64,000 nt of DNA from Ruditapes philippinarum. Lineage: Eukaryota. The stretch's first letter is position 1. Each line of letters begins with the position of its first letter. The translations under genes and the position numbers were made by a program. Positions 12,492 to 26,800 of the stretch are shown here, one piece after another. Below the pieces are notes generated by a model, which worked only from the letters and a program-made list of their open reading frames with translations, was not told where the DNA came from and did not search any database. The DNA is taken from positions 434,001-498,000 of the forward strand of contig NW_026858036.1 in assembly GCF_026571515.1 (NCBI RefSeq). The letters run 5' to 3'.

Positions 12492-15400
12492 TGTAAAAAA
12501 AATCTACTACAGTCATGAAATCAACAACGATGACAACGGTGGAGCCTTTGAGATGCATTGTGTTATTGTGTTTAGATGTATATAAACATTCATTAATGAT
12601 CATTAAAAACCTATTAAGAACCGATTTAAATGAATATGGTGCGACTGAAAAGCATGAAATCGTAGCACAAATTGTTTAATTTATTACAAGGATGACTGCA
12701 AAAAGTGAAATATACAATACTGCGACATAATGTGTTTCTACTTGCTAGAAGAGGAACTTTCGGTTACTTAATAGCAAATTTTAAAGTAAAATACAATTCT
12801 TAATGAATCAGACACAATTTTGACATTCAACTAAAATGCTTTGATATAAACAGTTTTAAGGAACGAAAAATAATGAAAAACCGTATATTTCTTGAAGTAA
12901 TGTTGATTATTAGTTATATACGTTGCTGACCAAATATAAGGGAAATTTAAAATAGAAGATATATATGACTTATATATCAAGTCAGTTCTTGTAAAATGGA
13001 TTTAAAATAACACAAATTGTTATTGAAGACAAATTCTTAAGAAAAGTATAGAAACTAAAGAAGCGTATTTTGCCATGATTATATGTGTTATGTTTTATAA
13101 TGCACGTGGTCCATGGATATTTTTATAAATGTCTTTCGGAATGTATCGATAACATTCATTTTTTAAAGAGAGTGAAGCAGTTTTCGTTTTTTTAAAAGGT
13201 CTTGTTTATTATAGTATCACCCCTACTGAAAGAGTCATCCATTTCTGACTTATGAGACATATTTTGCTTGGATACCACGTACCTATCATCTCCTACCACT
13301 ATGGCAGGCGCCAGGCGGATATAATACGGAAACCATTTATTTTAACTATCTCGAGGCTTTACAAGTATTGAACTGATTTTGATATGAATGTAAAAAATGG
13401 TCACACTTGTTCCGCAATTATCTTATTAGTTAAGTACACACAGGGTTTGCTATGAATTATTAACAATGTTTAACAATTTCTCTGATTTAAACAGTTACTT
13501 TGTTCTGTTAGAGTTCGTGTCGAGCAAGTATTAAAATTTAATTAACAGAGGGCATTGCAAGATTTTTTTCTTAATTACTACAAGTTGGTTATTTTATAAT
13601 ATTGTCATGATTTTATGTGCTATATAATGCAAATGAACGATAGTTTGCACAATTGAAGCCAGATATTTATAACGTTTACAATCTGAAAATTGCGTGGCTA
13701 GAATCACGAATATCCATCTACCTGAAAGCAGATGCGTTAGGACTCACGAATACACTTTTATTTTGGAGATAGTGTACGCGAGTGAATTTGTCTACAATGG
13801 AAGGTCTGCAATACAATGTACTATACATAAACTACCTTGATTGTATTTAGTATGAAACATAACATTTAACATTGAAACAATTATCTTTTGATGTTGTTGT
13901 AAAGTGTGCGATATATTATCCGATATAACGTAAAATTATTTAGCAGATAATAAAATGTTCTGGAACAAAATATAAATATTTCGCATATAAGTGTTCATAC
14001 TAAATAAACTAGAACGTATCATCATTCTTTCCAAGCAATTTTTATTTGTTTGGGTCGTCAGACCAAACAAATAATGGTAGCGAAATTTCAGAGTCTAATG
14101 CTGTTAATTGCAAATGCCGAAAGAAGTCCACTTTTTTGAAGCGGTTACTTCCCTTTATATGTACACTAACGCCGAAAAATTCAGGGGAGATCACTGCGTA
14201 AAGATGGTCAAAGACAGGCACATTAATTTTCAAGCAAAATAATTCCCGAATGGTCGAAGATTTCTAATATTGTTTTATTGTATTTTCTGATCGAAAATAA
14301 GTAAATACAAAGCGGACATTCAATCTCTGACACAGAAGTTTACGACAAACCTAACAACAAGTAGTTCTCAAAACAGCTTAAAACTAGCGATTTAAAAGAA
14401 AGAAATATTTTTATTTTGTTACAAGTATCCAACAAATTACAACGCATTCAAAGTTTAAAAATAGCGTTGGCTTATAGAATTGTCAATAAATGCACAATCA
14501 CAAATTACGCGGATGAATATGATTTTATCAATGAAAATACTATTTTTAGCGATGTCGATTACCGAATACTACACAACCGAGTAGTGGAATATATAGATTC
14601 GACATGTCGGACTGTTTGGGCGAGAAGATTTTCGCTAAATTATCTACTTTTAGTCTTATAGCCAATTTACTACAATTAAAACGCTGGAAAGCATTGGTGG
14701 CACTATACATATAATCTCACAACATGTACCTTTCTTACATTCTGAGACCCAAACAAATTCAGCGCCTTCTGTGCTTTGATTAATAAGAGTGACCAAATAA
14801 TACAAATCTGTTGTCACCAATATCTGGAAAATGTATAGAAAATGTCCACATTGTAGCTCAATCCACTTTAATATATTCATTGAATATGTGATAAGGAAAT
14901 AATAAAGACCTTTTTATATTTATTCGCTAATGCATGACATTGTGATTGGAACAACCATTTGTATATTCATATGTTTTTGAAAGAACAACAGTTACTATTT
15001 TATTTGCCAATAACTGCATTGACTTGCACTCACTACTTGTTTTCTGTTAAGCGCATCAATATTTTTTGTTATTTATTTATCCCTCTCTTTCACTTTTTTT
15101 AATTTTCAAACAGATATTACAAAATATAATATTTCGAAATTCTCGTACTTTCTTTCATTTTGTTATTGGTTTAAACCCTTTAGCGGAAGGATTAATTACG
15201 TACTCAATGCACTTATCTCATTCGCTGTAATATAAACTGTCTTAATATCTTCCTTAAACATGTCAAGTTTACAAATACAACAAAAGGGATTGATAGCTAG
15301 ACAGAAAGTAATCAGTCTCTTAATCAAGCTTAAATTTTTAACCTCGATGTATACGTGAGTTGTTGCACAGCGTGTAAGGTCAACAGCTGCGTTAATATTT

Positions 15401-15646
15401 CATCATCACATCTAATAATAGCACAGTTTTATTTAAAGTCTTTGCTATTTAATCGCTTGAACTGGTTTGATATTCAGCACTTATTCAACTGTTATCGCAA
15501 TCGCTTATAAGCGTTATATTATTTAACTATTAATCTATTAAATCTTAATATCGTTTCAAAATCAAAACGTTGTTTAGTTTCATTTATATTTAATGTAAGA
15601 AAAACTTGTAAGCTATTTAATAAAGTGAAATACGACAGTGGTTGGA

Positions 15647-18133
15647 ATGGTTTTAAAAGTGACAGCTTCAACACAAGTAAATCGACAACAGAGTATATGT
15701 GCTCCACGAAAGTCATGGTTAGTATAATTTGCATTTTTTTCTTAATAATATTTATATACTCGTCTAACATATTATATTAATATGATATATGTAAAACAAT
15801 TAATGTGTGGGTCGTCAATACTGCCAACCATCATACACTACAGTTTGTGCAATGTGATATATAAAATCGTAGTAACGGCACACATATCTTGACATTTAAT
15901 TAATAATTCATACGGTTAAGTAATATATAAACGCAGGAAATAAAACATTTATCTGCACGAAAGTTGAAGGAACAAATATGCAACAAATAGCAGAACAAGT
16001 ATATTGTACTTAAATGCATAAATGCGTATCAAATACAACCATTTGAAAATAGGTTCGTTAAATTATTCGGAATAACGGAAGTAAAGCAAAATACGGGCAT
16101 TAGTGTTTTTGTTGTTTTTCTTTTAAGTTGTTCTCTGTTTTTTTACAGTTCAAATATTGGAAAGTACTTATCGCTATTAGTAGTTGTAGTGCTGATAGCT
16201 TCGATTGTGGTAGGAACAAGTAATCCCCAGGGAACAAAAACTACAACCGTTGTATTTGTACATCTCCTTAGTTTTGCCGCGCACTTTGGGGCACAATGCT
16301 GGGTAACATTTATTGCAGGTAAATTAAGCTAATGTTACTTAGTCTTATGACAAATTCATGAAATCTGTATTTGTGAGATAGTTTGTGTCTGTATGCTTTG
16401 TGTGTAATGTGTGTTTCAATTGCAAGACAATCAAACATTAAATTGAGAAAACTGAAATAATGAAATCCTTGTACATGCATTTAAAACCTAACTTTAGCAT
16501 ATCTGATAACTTTATTATGATAAAATAAATTTGTTTAAAAATCATAACTAGATTGCGCGGGTCATCGCATAATTTATTTATAGAACCTTTTATACATGGG
16601 CGTAATCGAAAACCCAGACATTAAAGATTATGTTATTTCTGTGGTTATGACATAGAAGACGAATTTCATTTTCTTATCACATGCAAAAAGTATTCCTACT
16701 TGAGAAACATATTCATACCAAAATATTATGTTAAAGACACGAGCATGTACAAATATATCGATTTATTAAGATAAAAAAGAAGAAAAAGGTCTTGTTAGAG
16801 TTTGAAAATTTTATATCACAAGCAATTAAACGCAGGTAATAAAATCAACCGAATCATCAGATATAATTATAAAAAAAAATGCTATCTTGTTTGTGATATT
16901 ACTTTATTTCCATTCATTCTCTATGTACTGATACTACAGTCCAAATATGTATTTGTATCATCGTATGACACTTTGCTACTATTGCTAATAAATATTGTAA
17001 ACTTTGATGATTTTGTTTATGTATTTTGTGACCATGTGTATTTTGTACACGTCTTATATGAATAGATTATCTATCTATCTTTCAATTTTTAGACAAATCA
17101 AAAATATTGTAAAGAAAAATCTGAATTTTCTTAATTCTCTTCTTTTCAGGGTTTGCAATGTTCTTCAGTTTGCCCAGAATAATGTTTGGTCATCTACAAA
17201 GCAGGATGTTTCCACTTTATTTTGCTATAACATTGGTTTTGTCGTGTGTAACTTTAATAACGTATGTTATATTACACCCCTATGCAACGATGAAAACATC
17301 AGAGACAAAACAGGTAATCGTTTTATTTGACACTCTTAATGCACTAAATAATTTGAAGTGTATATCGTATGTATATCCTTTTCAACTAAAAACAAAACAA
17401 TATTATTTTTATTCTAGCTTATCATATACAGGTAGATAAAGTTAGCTTATGTAATTGGAACGCGTTTCTGAATATTGAATATTGATTCTTGACCAAATCC
17501 TTGTGTTTCAATAGCATTTGCAGCGCATGCTCATGTGACAAGCCATAATTCGTTGACAGTATTTGTCCGAATGATCGTGTTGTTCCCAAAATTAGAAACT
17601 GTATTCAAAATGGCTAACACTGCTCCGGGATTTATAACGAGTTGATAGTTAGGAATGTATATTAAGCGTGTATAAAATGTTATACAAGTTTCCTTTTTAG
17701 CATTGATATTTTTTCTTAATTCATAATCGAAATATTTTAATCACAATTTGTAAACATTTCACTGTTAGCACATATATTATAATGTCTACATAACTTATGA
17801 TTATTTTGCTCTTTCAACAGTTTATCGGGCTTTGTGTTTGTGTGGCATCAACTTTCATCAACAGTTTTTTTTCTAGCACCAGAAATTGTCGATGCTATGA
17901 TCAGTGTATTTGATATCGAGAAATCGTCGGGAGTAGCTTATGTTATTGGATATTGTGATAAAACTGAATTAAAGAAAGATCCAGAATATTCAGAACATTA
18001 CAGGAGATTTAGACTTAATCACAGTATATCTGGTGTCGCTAACGTAATAACTTTGATGTGTAACATTTTCTACGTGTATCAATTAGCGATCAACAACGAG
18101 AATGTCAGTTTTTATAACCTCAACATTGTGTAG
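15647..18133 (+). CDS. TMEM205: TMEM205-like copy b; 4 coding exons, with a +1 frameshift in a T8 run in the last exon (pseudogene or sequencing error)
   Basis: Exons 15647-15717, 16149-16318, 17150-17313, 17821-18133. Middle exons have the same lengths (170, 164 nt) and phases as copy a. HLLSFAAHFGAQCWVTFIAG-FAMFFSLPRIMFGHLQSRMFPLYF is near identical. Total 718 nt, one more than a multiple of three; the extra T lies in 17865-17872. Confidence 0.88.
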
Positions 18134-19529
18134 TTATTATTCAATTTTTTACTCAGTATTATTTGCAAATAATCAGCATTGTTGTCGGTAAAACGGTAAA
18201 ATATAACGTGATAGTTAATTATTACGACAATATTTTTTACCAAATTGATATAAACCATTTATCTCTCCTCTTTGTGTCTTGTTTGTTTTGTTGTGATGAT
18301 TTCGTAAATATTTCATTCAATTTAACCTGTCGGCTTGTGTCAGTACTATGTTGGTATTTTAAATAACGTTTACATACATGATGTGTGAACTTTCCTCATA
18401 TATGACACATTTCCTAAAAATACAATTTAAATCATAACCTGTATCATACATTATCTATTTTAACTGGACAATTTGAGTTTACAAATAATTCAAAATCTAT
18501 TTTACTTTATATAGTAAAATTGAGCTTGATATCAAACATTTAAGATTTTGTTGTCCATGGTGATGTTAAAAGCCTGTAAACGGACTAAAATCATTTTGTT
18601 TTATACTTGTAAAAGAATATATGTTTTCATTAAAATGATTAAACAAACAAAATTAAGTGAATACCAGCTCTGTGTTCTTTATTCCGTATATCATTTAAAG
18701 GCAATTAACATAACGTAAAGAAAAAATATTAATATTTATTTCAATCAATACTTCAAATGTTTAAATGTTTTAAAAAGACCTATGTACACAATAATGATGT
18801 CATAAACACGTGTATACATTGTTACAGATAAATCTAACCACCATTAAAACTACAGACGTCTTGAAAATTGTTAATTAAATAAAACAAAACACCAATGGTT
18901 AATGTAATTTAATTAAGAATAATGATGCAAATCAAGATCACACCTGTATATATAGATATACATAAAATCATCTTTACCACTCTTATACTGAGAGTCATCT
19001 CTAAAAGAAATAAAGGAATCAAAGACTGACCTATTATCATACATTTTATAAACAATTTCGAATCATTTCTCTCCTAATATTATGACAAAAACCGGCAGCC
19101 ATGAACTGCTATATTAAGATATGATATGTTGCACACATTTATTTAAAAGAAAATGTTGTCTTTCAAATGGTTTCCTATTGGTTTTGGGTTATATTAAAAA
19201 GTTTGGACTTAGTAATTGTTTAAAAACAAATCGGGATTTTTATAAAGCTAAAAACATCATGTGACTAGTTCAAACTTAAACGTGTTGTAATTTTCTACAT
19301 ATAAAACGTGTATCCGTTATTTGTTAGGAATAATTACAAAATCACACTTGAGATTTGCTCAAATACATAGTTTTTAATTTGAAGTTTGGTTTGTTTTTTT
19401 GTTTTTGTTTTTTTTTTTTTTTGTTTTTTTTTTGGGGGGGGGGGTGTTTTTTTTTTGTTAATCTACGAAATGTGATTTGTGTAAAGAAAATAATTGTCAA
19501 GACCTCGGGGAATTACAAAATCAGACTAA

Positions 19530-19930
19530 TACATTATTTTATTCTTTATTATAGTCTCATCTATACACATATATACATGTAAAACATTTAAAACATTGCA
19601 ATTGCATATAGCAATTCTCGAAAGAATTACAATAGACTTGTATAATAGCTAATACTAAGAGGGATAACTCCACAATCCATATTATAGAAATGTATAATAT
19701 ATACTGAAGTTTTACCTCCCTTATTTACGTATTCACATTCTCAACATTTACATCATATAAATCATTTGCAATAGGATGACATGATTGTACATTGTCATTA
19801 TTTAAAAAATTATTTGAGACATTTGATTGCAAAATTATAATATACTTTTTACATTCTAAAAGTTTGATAGCCTCTACTGACTTCGTCTTAAAAACTGCCA
19901 TAAGCAATTATATTGTAAAATACTAAATTT
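19530..19930 (-). mobile_element. LINE 3' fragment, copy 1
   Basis: LLECKKY..LNNDNVQSCHPIANDLYD plus 3'UTR ending AATAAAGAATAAAATAA on minus; clear nucleotide match to 63000-63325. Confidence 0.65.
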
Positions 19931-20874
19931 TGTAATAGAAGCACTATCACGCAATATAAAAATGGTTTTACAAAATCATTTATCACTTATGGTCAGACCA
20001 TGGGTGAACTGGTCAGTAGTGGTTATCAAAACATTGGGATAAAACAACTTATTTATGCGTCTATTCTGGGTCTATATACAAAGCTTTCTTAGCGCTGAAG
20101 GGAAACAATTATGTTTATTGAGTAACACTTGTTTCGATACGAGTTGTCTCCCATATTAAATTAAAATTCAAATGTACTACATCGATCATTTCTAAATCAG
20201 TGGGAAAACATGTGTGTCTGATAATAAAATACGGTAAAAAAATATTATTTGAATATTTTTTCTTTCTTATATTTGTTCTTTTGTGAACTTAATCTTAATG
20301 AAAAGCTTAAATTGACTACATAACTACATGAATAAACGTTATTTAAAAAACTATATAAACATGGCAGTAAACATCGCATTGTTTTAAAACTGAATCTATG
20401 TAAGATATAATTTGTATCGGAATAGATATAGGTAGGGCTAATATAATACATCACGGAATGAATAACTTGAAAAACGAACACATTAGTTTATTCGTTACAT
20501 TTAAAATAGAAAAAATAATATTATATCTTATTTTCATAGATATATTTATAAATTACATATATTCAAAAGAAAAGAAAGTAGTTATCTTTGCATTTTTTAA
20601 AATTTATATATATTTATATTACCAACATATCAACATATTTTACCTGTAAATGTAATCTATAAAACCTTATATTCATTGTACAAATATATTTCATTTATTA
20701 GTTTCCTTAGATAAGCGGCAAAGCCTTTTCAACAGTATCAATACAAAACGTGATTTTAAAATGCTATATAACGCAATCATACCATACAAGAATGTAAAAG
20801 GTGTTTCTTTTTAAACAAAAGCAATAAAATGAATATGAAAAGTGATTTCATGAAAAATTTATGTTTTAAATACT

Positions 20875-23800
20875 TTAATCAAATGATTTATACTGTGCAC
20901 ATTGTGAATCATATGTAATAAAACACCTTCTCTCCTTGTCTCGTTTTCTCAACACATAGACAATAATTATAAAACCAAATGTTACTAGAACAGATACAAC
21001 AATTCCAAGCTCATATGCAATGTCATATTCTCCGTAGGAATCTCTTAAACTACCTGGAATATAAGTAAACTCGGAGGTTTAACTCAATAGAAATTACTAA
21101 ATAACTCAATGGAAAGTTATTCTGAAGGATTAAATTTTCAGTTGCTTGAAATAACAGAAGGAATAAATTTTCAGTAGCTTGAAATAACAGGTACAAATTG
21201 TTAAACAGAGTCAGCCTGGATATACTTTTGTTTGAAAAATTTGTTAACAGTCGACAGATTATTACAATGTCTTTCATAAACACTAGGACAAAATACTACA
21301 AGACAGTCTGAAGGACAGTTAAATCCCCTTCGCAGCGTAAATAATGTGCACTTCTTCACCTATAACCAACCATGACGCTAATGTTGTACCATTCATACCA
21401 TAAGCACATTTGCTCATCACAAATTGACCGATTACCATCCATATTTAGAAGGTAGATACCTTTGTAGATCCTCTTATTTTGTTTGAAATTTGAGGTTAAG
21501 GTCTTGGTAACCATGGGTATTTTGGACTTCACATATTGACAAGTTTCTTGCATATTTGGTTGTATCAGGCTTTAGTTTTATATTAACTAACAATACTTTG
21601 ATTGTGACTCTATTGTATTATTTGTTATTGTTCTCATGTTTTACAAATCATTCAAGTGAGAATTACAAGACTGCTTGTTATATTATAACCTTGATCTTGG
21701 GAATAGCCAACTGGTTGCCCTCTGTAGGTTATGATGGTGATCATGTGAGCCAATATTATTAAGAAAATTCATTAGTTTAAAACTTATTAAGAACATACAA
21801 AATTTAAACATTTGACCATTATGTTTGACCTAGACCTTGGGTATAACAACCTGAAAGTGCTCTTTTCAGTAAATCAAAAGTAAATAAAAAGTTAAGGAGC
21901 GGACAGGAAAATATGGACTCTATCATTTGACTTTTAAGTGTGACCTTGACCTTAGTGTAAGCATACCTGATGTAACTTTGGGGTAGTAACCTAGATGCTG
22001 TGCTCTGCAGATTGTATCATGGTGGTAATCATTTGTGCCAAGTAATTTTAAATCTTTTCATTGAGCGGACATGAAAAATAGATGTTTAAACATTAAACCC
22101 ATGAGTGTGACCCTGACCTTGATTGTAATGACTTGATAGTGGTGCTCTGCACATGTTTGTCATAACGGATGATCACTAGTGTGCCAAGTTATTATAAAAC
22201 TAGAACTCCGCGAGTCGGATGTGTCGCCTTGTGAACAATGTAGTTTAGGGGAAATGGCCAGGACAAAAATGAAATATGAAAAATAACAAAGGGCAATAAC
22301 TAAAAAAATAATAAGTGCAGATCAGCAGTTTCTGTACACTGCACTTCTTATCAATAAGATCTATCATTCTATGATGTTTCAAGTCCATAGCTTTCATACT
22401 TGAGGAGAAATGACCAGGACAAAAATAAAGTAAGAAAATCAACAAAGGGCAATAACTCAAAAATAAGAAATGCAGAGTATCAGTTCTTATGCACTGCACT
22501 TCTTTTTAATGAGATCTATCATCCTATGAAGTTTCAAGTCCATAACTTTTATACTTTCGGAGAAATGGCCTGGACAAAAATTAGGTATGAAAATTAACAA
22601 AGGGCCATAACTCAAAAATTAAGAAATGCAGAGTACCGATTCTTGTGCACTGCACTTCTTAATAATGAGATCTATCATCCTATGAAGTTTCAAGTCCATA
22701 GCTTTTATACTTAAGGAGAAATGGCCCGGACAAAATTAAAGTATGAAAATAAACAAAGGGCAATAACTCAAAAAATAAGAAATGCAGAGTACCAGTTCTT
22801 GTGTACTGCACTTCTTCTTAATGAGACCTATCATCCTATGAAGTTTCAAGTCCATAGCTTTTTTAGTTGAAGAGAAATGGCCCGGACAAAATTAAAGTAT
22901 GAAAATTAACAAAGGGCAATAACTCAAAAATAAGAACTGCAGAGTACCGGTCCTTGTGCACTGCACTTCGGGTTATTGAAAGAAGCATGCATACCAAGTT
23001 TGAAGTAAATCAGACTTATAGTGACTGAGTTATGCTCCGGACAAGCTTTAAGGGACGCCGACGCCGACAACGACAACGACGCCGACACAGACGCCGCCGC
23101 CGCCGACACCGCCGACAAAAGTAACCCCTATATGTCACCTTTTCAAGGCGACACAAAAATAAGCAGTTTAAAAGTTATTAAGCAGATACGAAAGTGTTAC
23201 GGACTGACGGACTGAAGGAAAGACGGACTGACAGACGGAGGCCATTGCTATAATCCCCTTCTTCCTTTGTGGAAGGTGGTTTAAAATATAAAAATATATC
23301 TATCAACCAAAATTAACAAAAAACGGTAAGTTATTTAACTTTCGAAATAGCTTGAATTCAAAAATAATACTAGTAATGAAGAATTATACAGAATAATGAA
23401 AAGTAGTATCTTACCTCCTACAAAATTGCTTATCAGAGTTCCTGTCCCTAGAGCCAAGTTTTGTTGTAAAACTGCTTGTTGAAACATATCATTGTCTACT
23501 AAATCGTACATAATGACCGGTAAAAAGACATTAATAAGGCCAAATGCGACACCATACACTGTACAAGCAGCATACATCCAATTGTGAAGTGTCTGTAGTA
23601 ATATGAACAAAGCATGCCCTACTGCCAGAATAGGACAGACGTAAAACATGTAATATACGGCTGGAAATGAATGTTTTCTCATTTTCACCATTATACCTAT
23701 TATACGCCCTACAAGATTTGCAAATCCTAACACAGACAGTAATGATGTTGCAAAGTTTTTAGTATAACCTCTAGACGTCATCTGATCTACAAGGAACCAT

Positions 23801-26800
23801 ATCTCAAAGGTCGCTGGAGAAAAAAAAATAAACATAACGAAAAATAATAAGTCTAAAAATATAACTTTTACCAGACAATTTACTTGTAATAATATTTTTC
23901 CAACTAAAAAGACTCTAATATTTGCCTCAGAAAAATTCATGTTTAAGATTGGATATGAATAAGTTCTTAAAAGAGCTTATTTCCTGATCCGTTGCTAACA
24001 CCTTTTAAAAAAATGGTTTTAAACAACTGCTATATACCTGTGGTTTCAATAAGAACGATAATAGTTAGGTACAGCCAAATCACTGGATCCTTGTTCAGCC
24101 TTTTGTGAACTTTTACTTTTACTTCTGACTCCTCTCCATTCATCAGAAGTTCCTTTGAGTAATGAATAAAAAGTCCACAAGGCAGCCCTTGGAGAGCAAT
24201 ACCAGCTAGAATAATGAAAGTCCCAGACCAGTGATAGTAGTTAAGAAGACCTCCATAGACCTGTGATAATACCATATGTCCTAAACTCCCTGCAACTGTC
24301 AGCAAGGCTATCGGTAACCCTGCATCTATTTTGTATAACGAACCTACCACTGCAAACGGTGCCATATAGCCAATGGAAAGACCAATACCTAAATGTTTTT
24401 TTTAATACAAAACTATTTTGTTAATGTAATTGTATTGTTTTGATTACAATTTCCGTGCATATTGAACAAGAATCTTCATTTTCTAATGTTTAAATAATTG
24501 AACACAAAACAATCAGCGATTATTATTTTCACTTTTCTAGCAAATCACTTTCATCGTTAATACAATATAATCTTGTTGATATTGGCTAAATCGATTTAAA
24601 TTTTCGAAAGAAAAAAAAACAAACAAACAAAAAAAAAACAAAAAAAACCAACAACATTAAAACAAATTTCTTGAATCATTAACACATGTTATTAGCAATA
24701 GTTTAACGATAGTTTTTATTGGTTAAATATTTTACCAGAAACTAGTCCCGTTGAAAATATGATTGTTTCAGAATTACGAGCTAATGAACTTGCGGCAAAT
24801 CCAACACATGAGAGTACCGCGCCACAAGACATTGACAAACCAAGTCCTAGATGTCGGATAGGCCATGTCCACAATAAACCTTGAACATATAATATAACTC
24901 TAAATCGAATAGTTATATATGTTTTGATATCACAAATGCAAAGAAAAATGAATCTCTTAAGAATGCCAAAAGAACAAATAGGAGAAGAAAAAACAAAAAC
25001 ATCCCGCAAATACATTGAAATGTCATAATGGTCTTTAGCGTTTTTTGAAAAATTTCGTCGCAAACAAGGATCGTGTAAAAATCAGATATTTTTTGACAAT
25101 TAAATGCTGTAAGTACACACGATTTCTAATACCAGAAAAAACTGTATTTTCAACTTAAATTACTTTCGGAACCATTTTCCAAAGAAAAAAGAAAGAGATT
25201 CCGTGAAAATTGACAGATATTCGGTGAAACTATTAACAAGAGGTCGACCGTATAGAGGTACGATACTTTATTCAAAAATTATTACTTAAGGAACATATTT
25301 CATATTAAGGAGTTATTTGTTACTTCCAATGCCAACGTTAACATGACATACATATTAAAAGAATATCCCTCTAGAGTCCAATGTAGCAGATATGCCACAC
25401 AACCTAAATCATATATATACTCGTATATATATTTTTTATGTTAAGAACAATCCTTTCAAATGTTATGTTAAAACTATCCTTCATATGCAGTGGTGGACTT
25501 ACACAGTTACTTACCCTTTAGTAAAAACACGCCATTTGTACAATTGAAAAAGAAGTCAAAATGGCCTCACAAATATAAAATTTTAACAGGTGTTGTATTA
25601 TCTGTTTGTTGTTTTCATAAAATTTAAGAATTTATCTATGCATCTGCTGATGAGTTTTACTATAGAAAAATCAGAAATGCTCTATACATAGCAAATATGC
25701 TTCTTAGGGCTATAATAGTTTGCCACGCAACTTTAGCACATATTTTATTTCCAGTAATAAACCGAAGTATCATTACATATACTAAGGACTGAGATACTAT
25801 TTCTTATTTATAATATATTGTAGTGTTTTTTTTATAGTTTTTTAATAATTTTGAAATAGAGATTTCACCGAATACTTTGATGGCAAAAAATGCAATCCTT
25901 AGATATAACAGAATTAAGTAAAATCGTCTGCTATTGTTATATGATCCAGCTAGATATACATTTCACCCACTTCATTAATTATTTCTAGTCCGTTCGTATT
26001 GAAGTACATTATATTACGTTCAAATATCACTAAAATTCATTTTTTTGAATTATTTTATGACCCCAAAGTACGGTCGTTTGTCTGATGTTACAAATTGCAC
26101 ATATATCTGTGTAACGCACTATGGTGTCCAATATTGACCTCAAAGTACATAAAGCACTTTGGGTTCGGATCCCATATTAGGTAAGGTACTGTTGGGTCGG
26201 ACCCCAAAGTGCGTTGGACCCCAACGTGCGGTGTTGATACATGTTTGTATTGTTTTATATGCCATGTATGCATATCTCGTCTTTAAATGATCAGCAGTTC
26301 CCCACTGATATCCGTGAGCCTAACCAGGCGCTTTACTGTTGGCTGACTTAAAGGCCCATTATGCAGAAGAAATGCTTGTATGTCTATTTCTTAAAATCTT
26401 TTTATTTTTGGTGTTTTGTTATAGTTCAAGAAAAGTCACTCATTTTCAATTTTAGTGGATAATACTTTGCCTCTTTTACCCTTGGCAATACGTAAATTGA
26501 TTAATTAATTAATTAGCTTATTTATTTAAAGATTTTAGCAATTCCATCATCTTATCTAGTGATATGTAACTACAATATTTAAGCAAAGATTTAAGCACTT
26601 GATCTCGTTTCATATCTTGTGTGAACTTGTTTTTTTCTTTTATTATAGATTGGTTTTTTTTTCTTATAAAATTGATAATGAAAATTTGTTAATAAAAAAT
26701 GAAGATAAGTAAGTTTTATTTACTTATTTTGACATAAGTTTTCCATAGCATTGTATCTTTTTTGTAGCAGATCTGCTACAATTTCATGAAAGTCCACCGT

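Noticed and set aside
22245-23215. Four short ORFs including DADADNDND/SAAAAS runs
   Set aside because: Arise from the HINE satellite and microsatellite.
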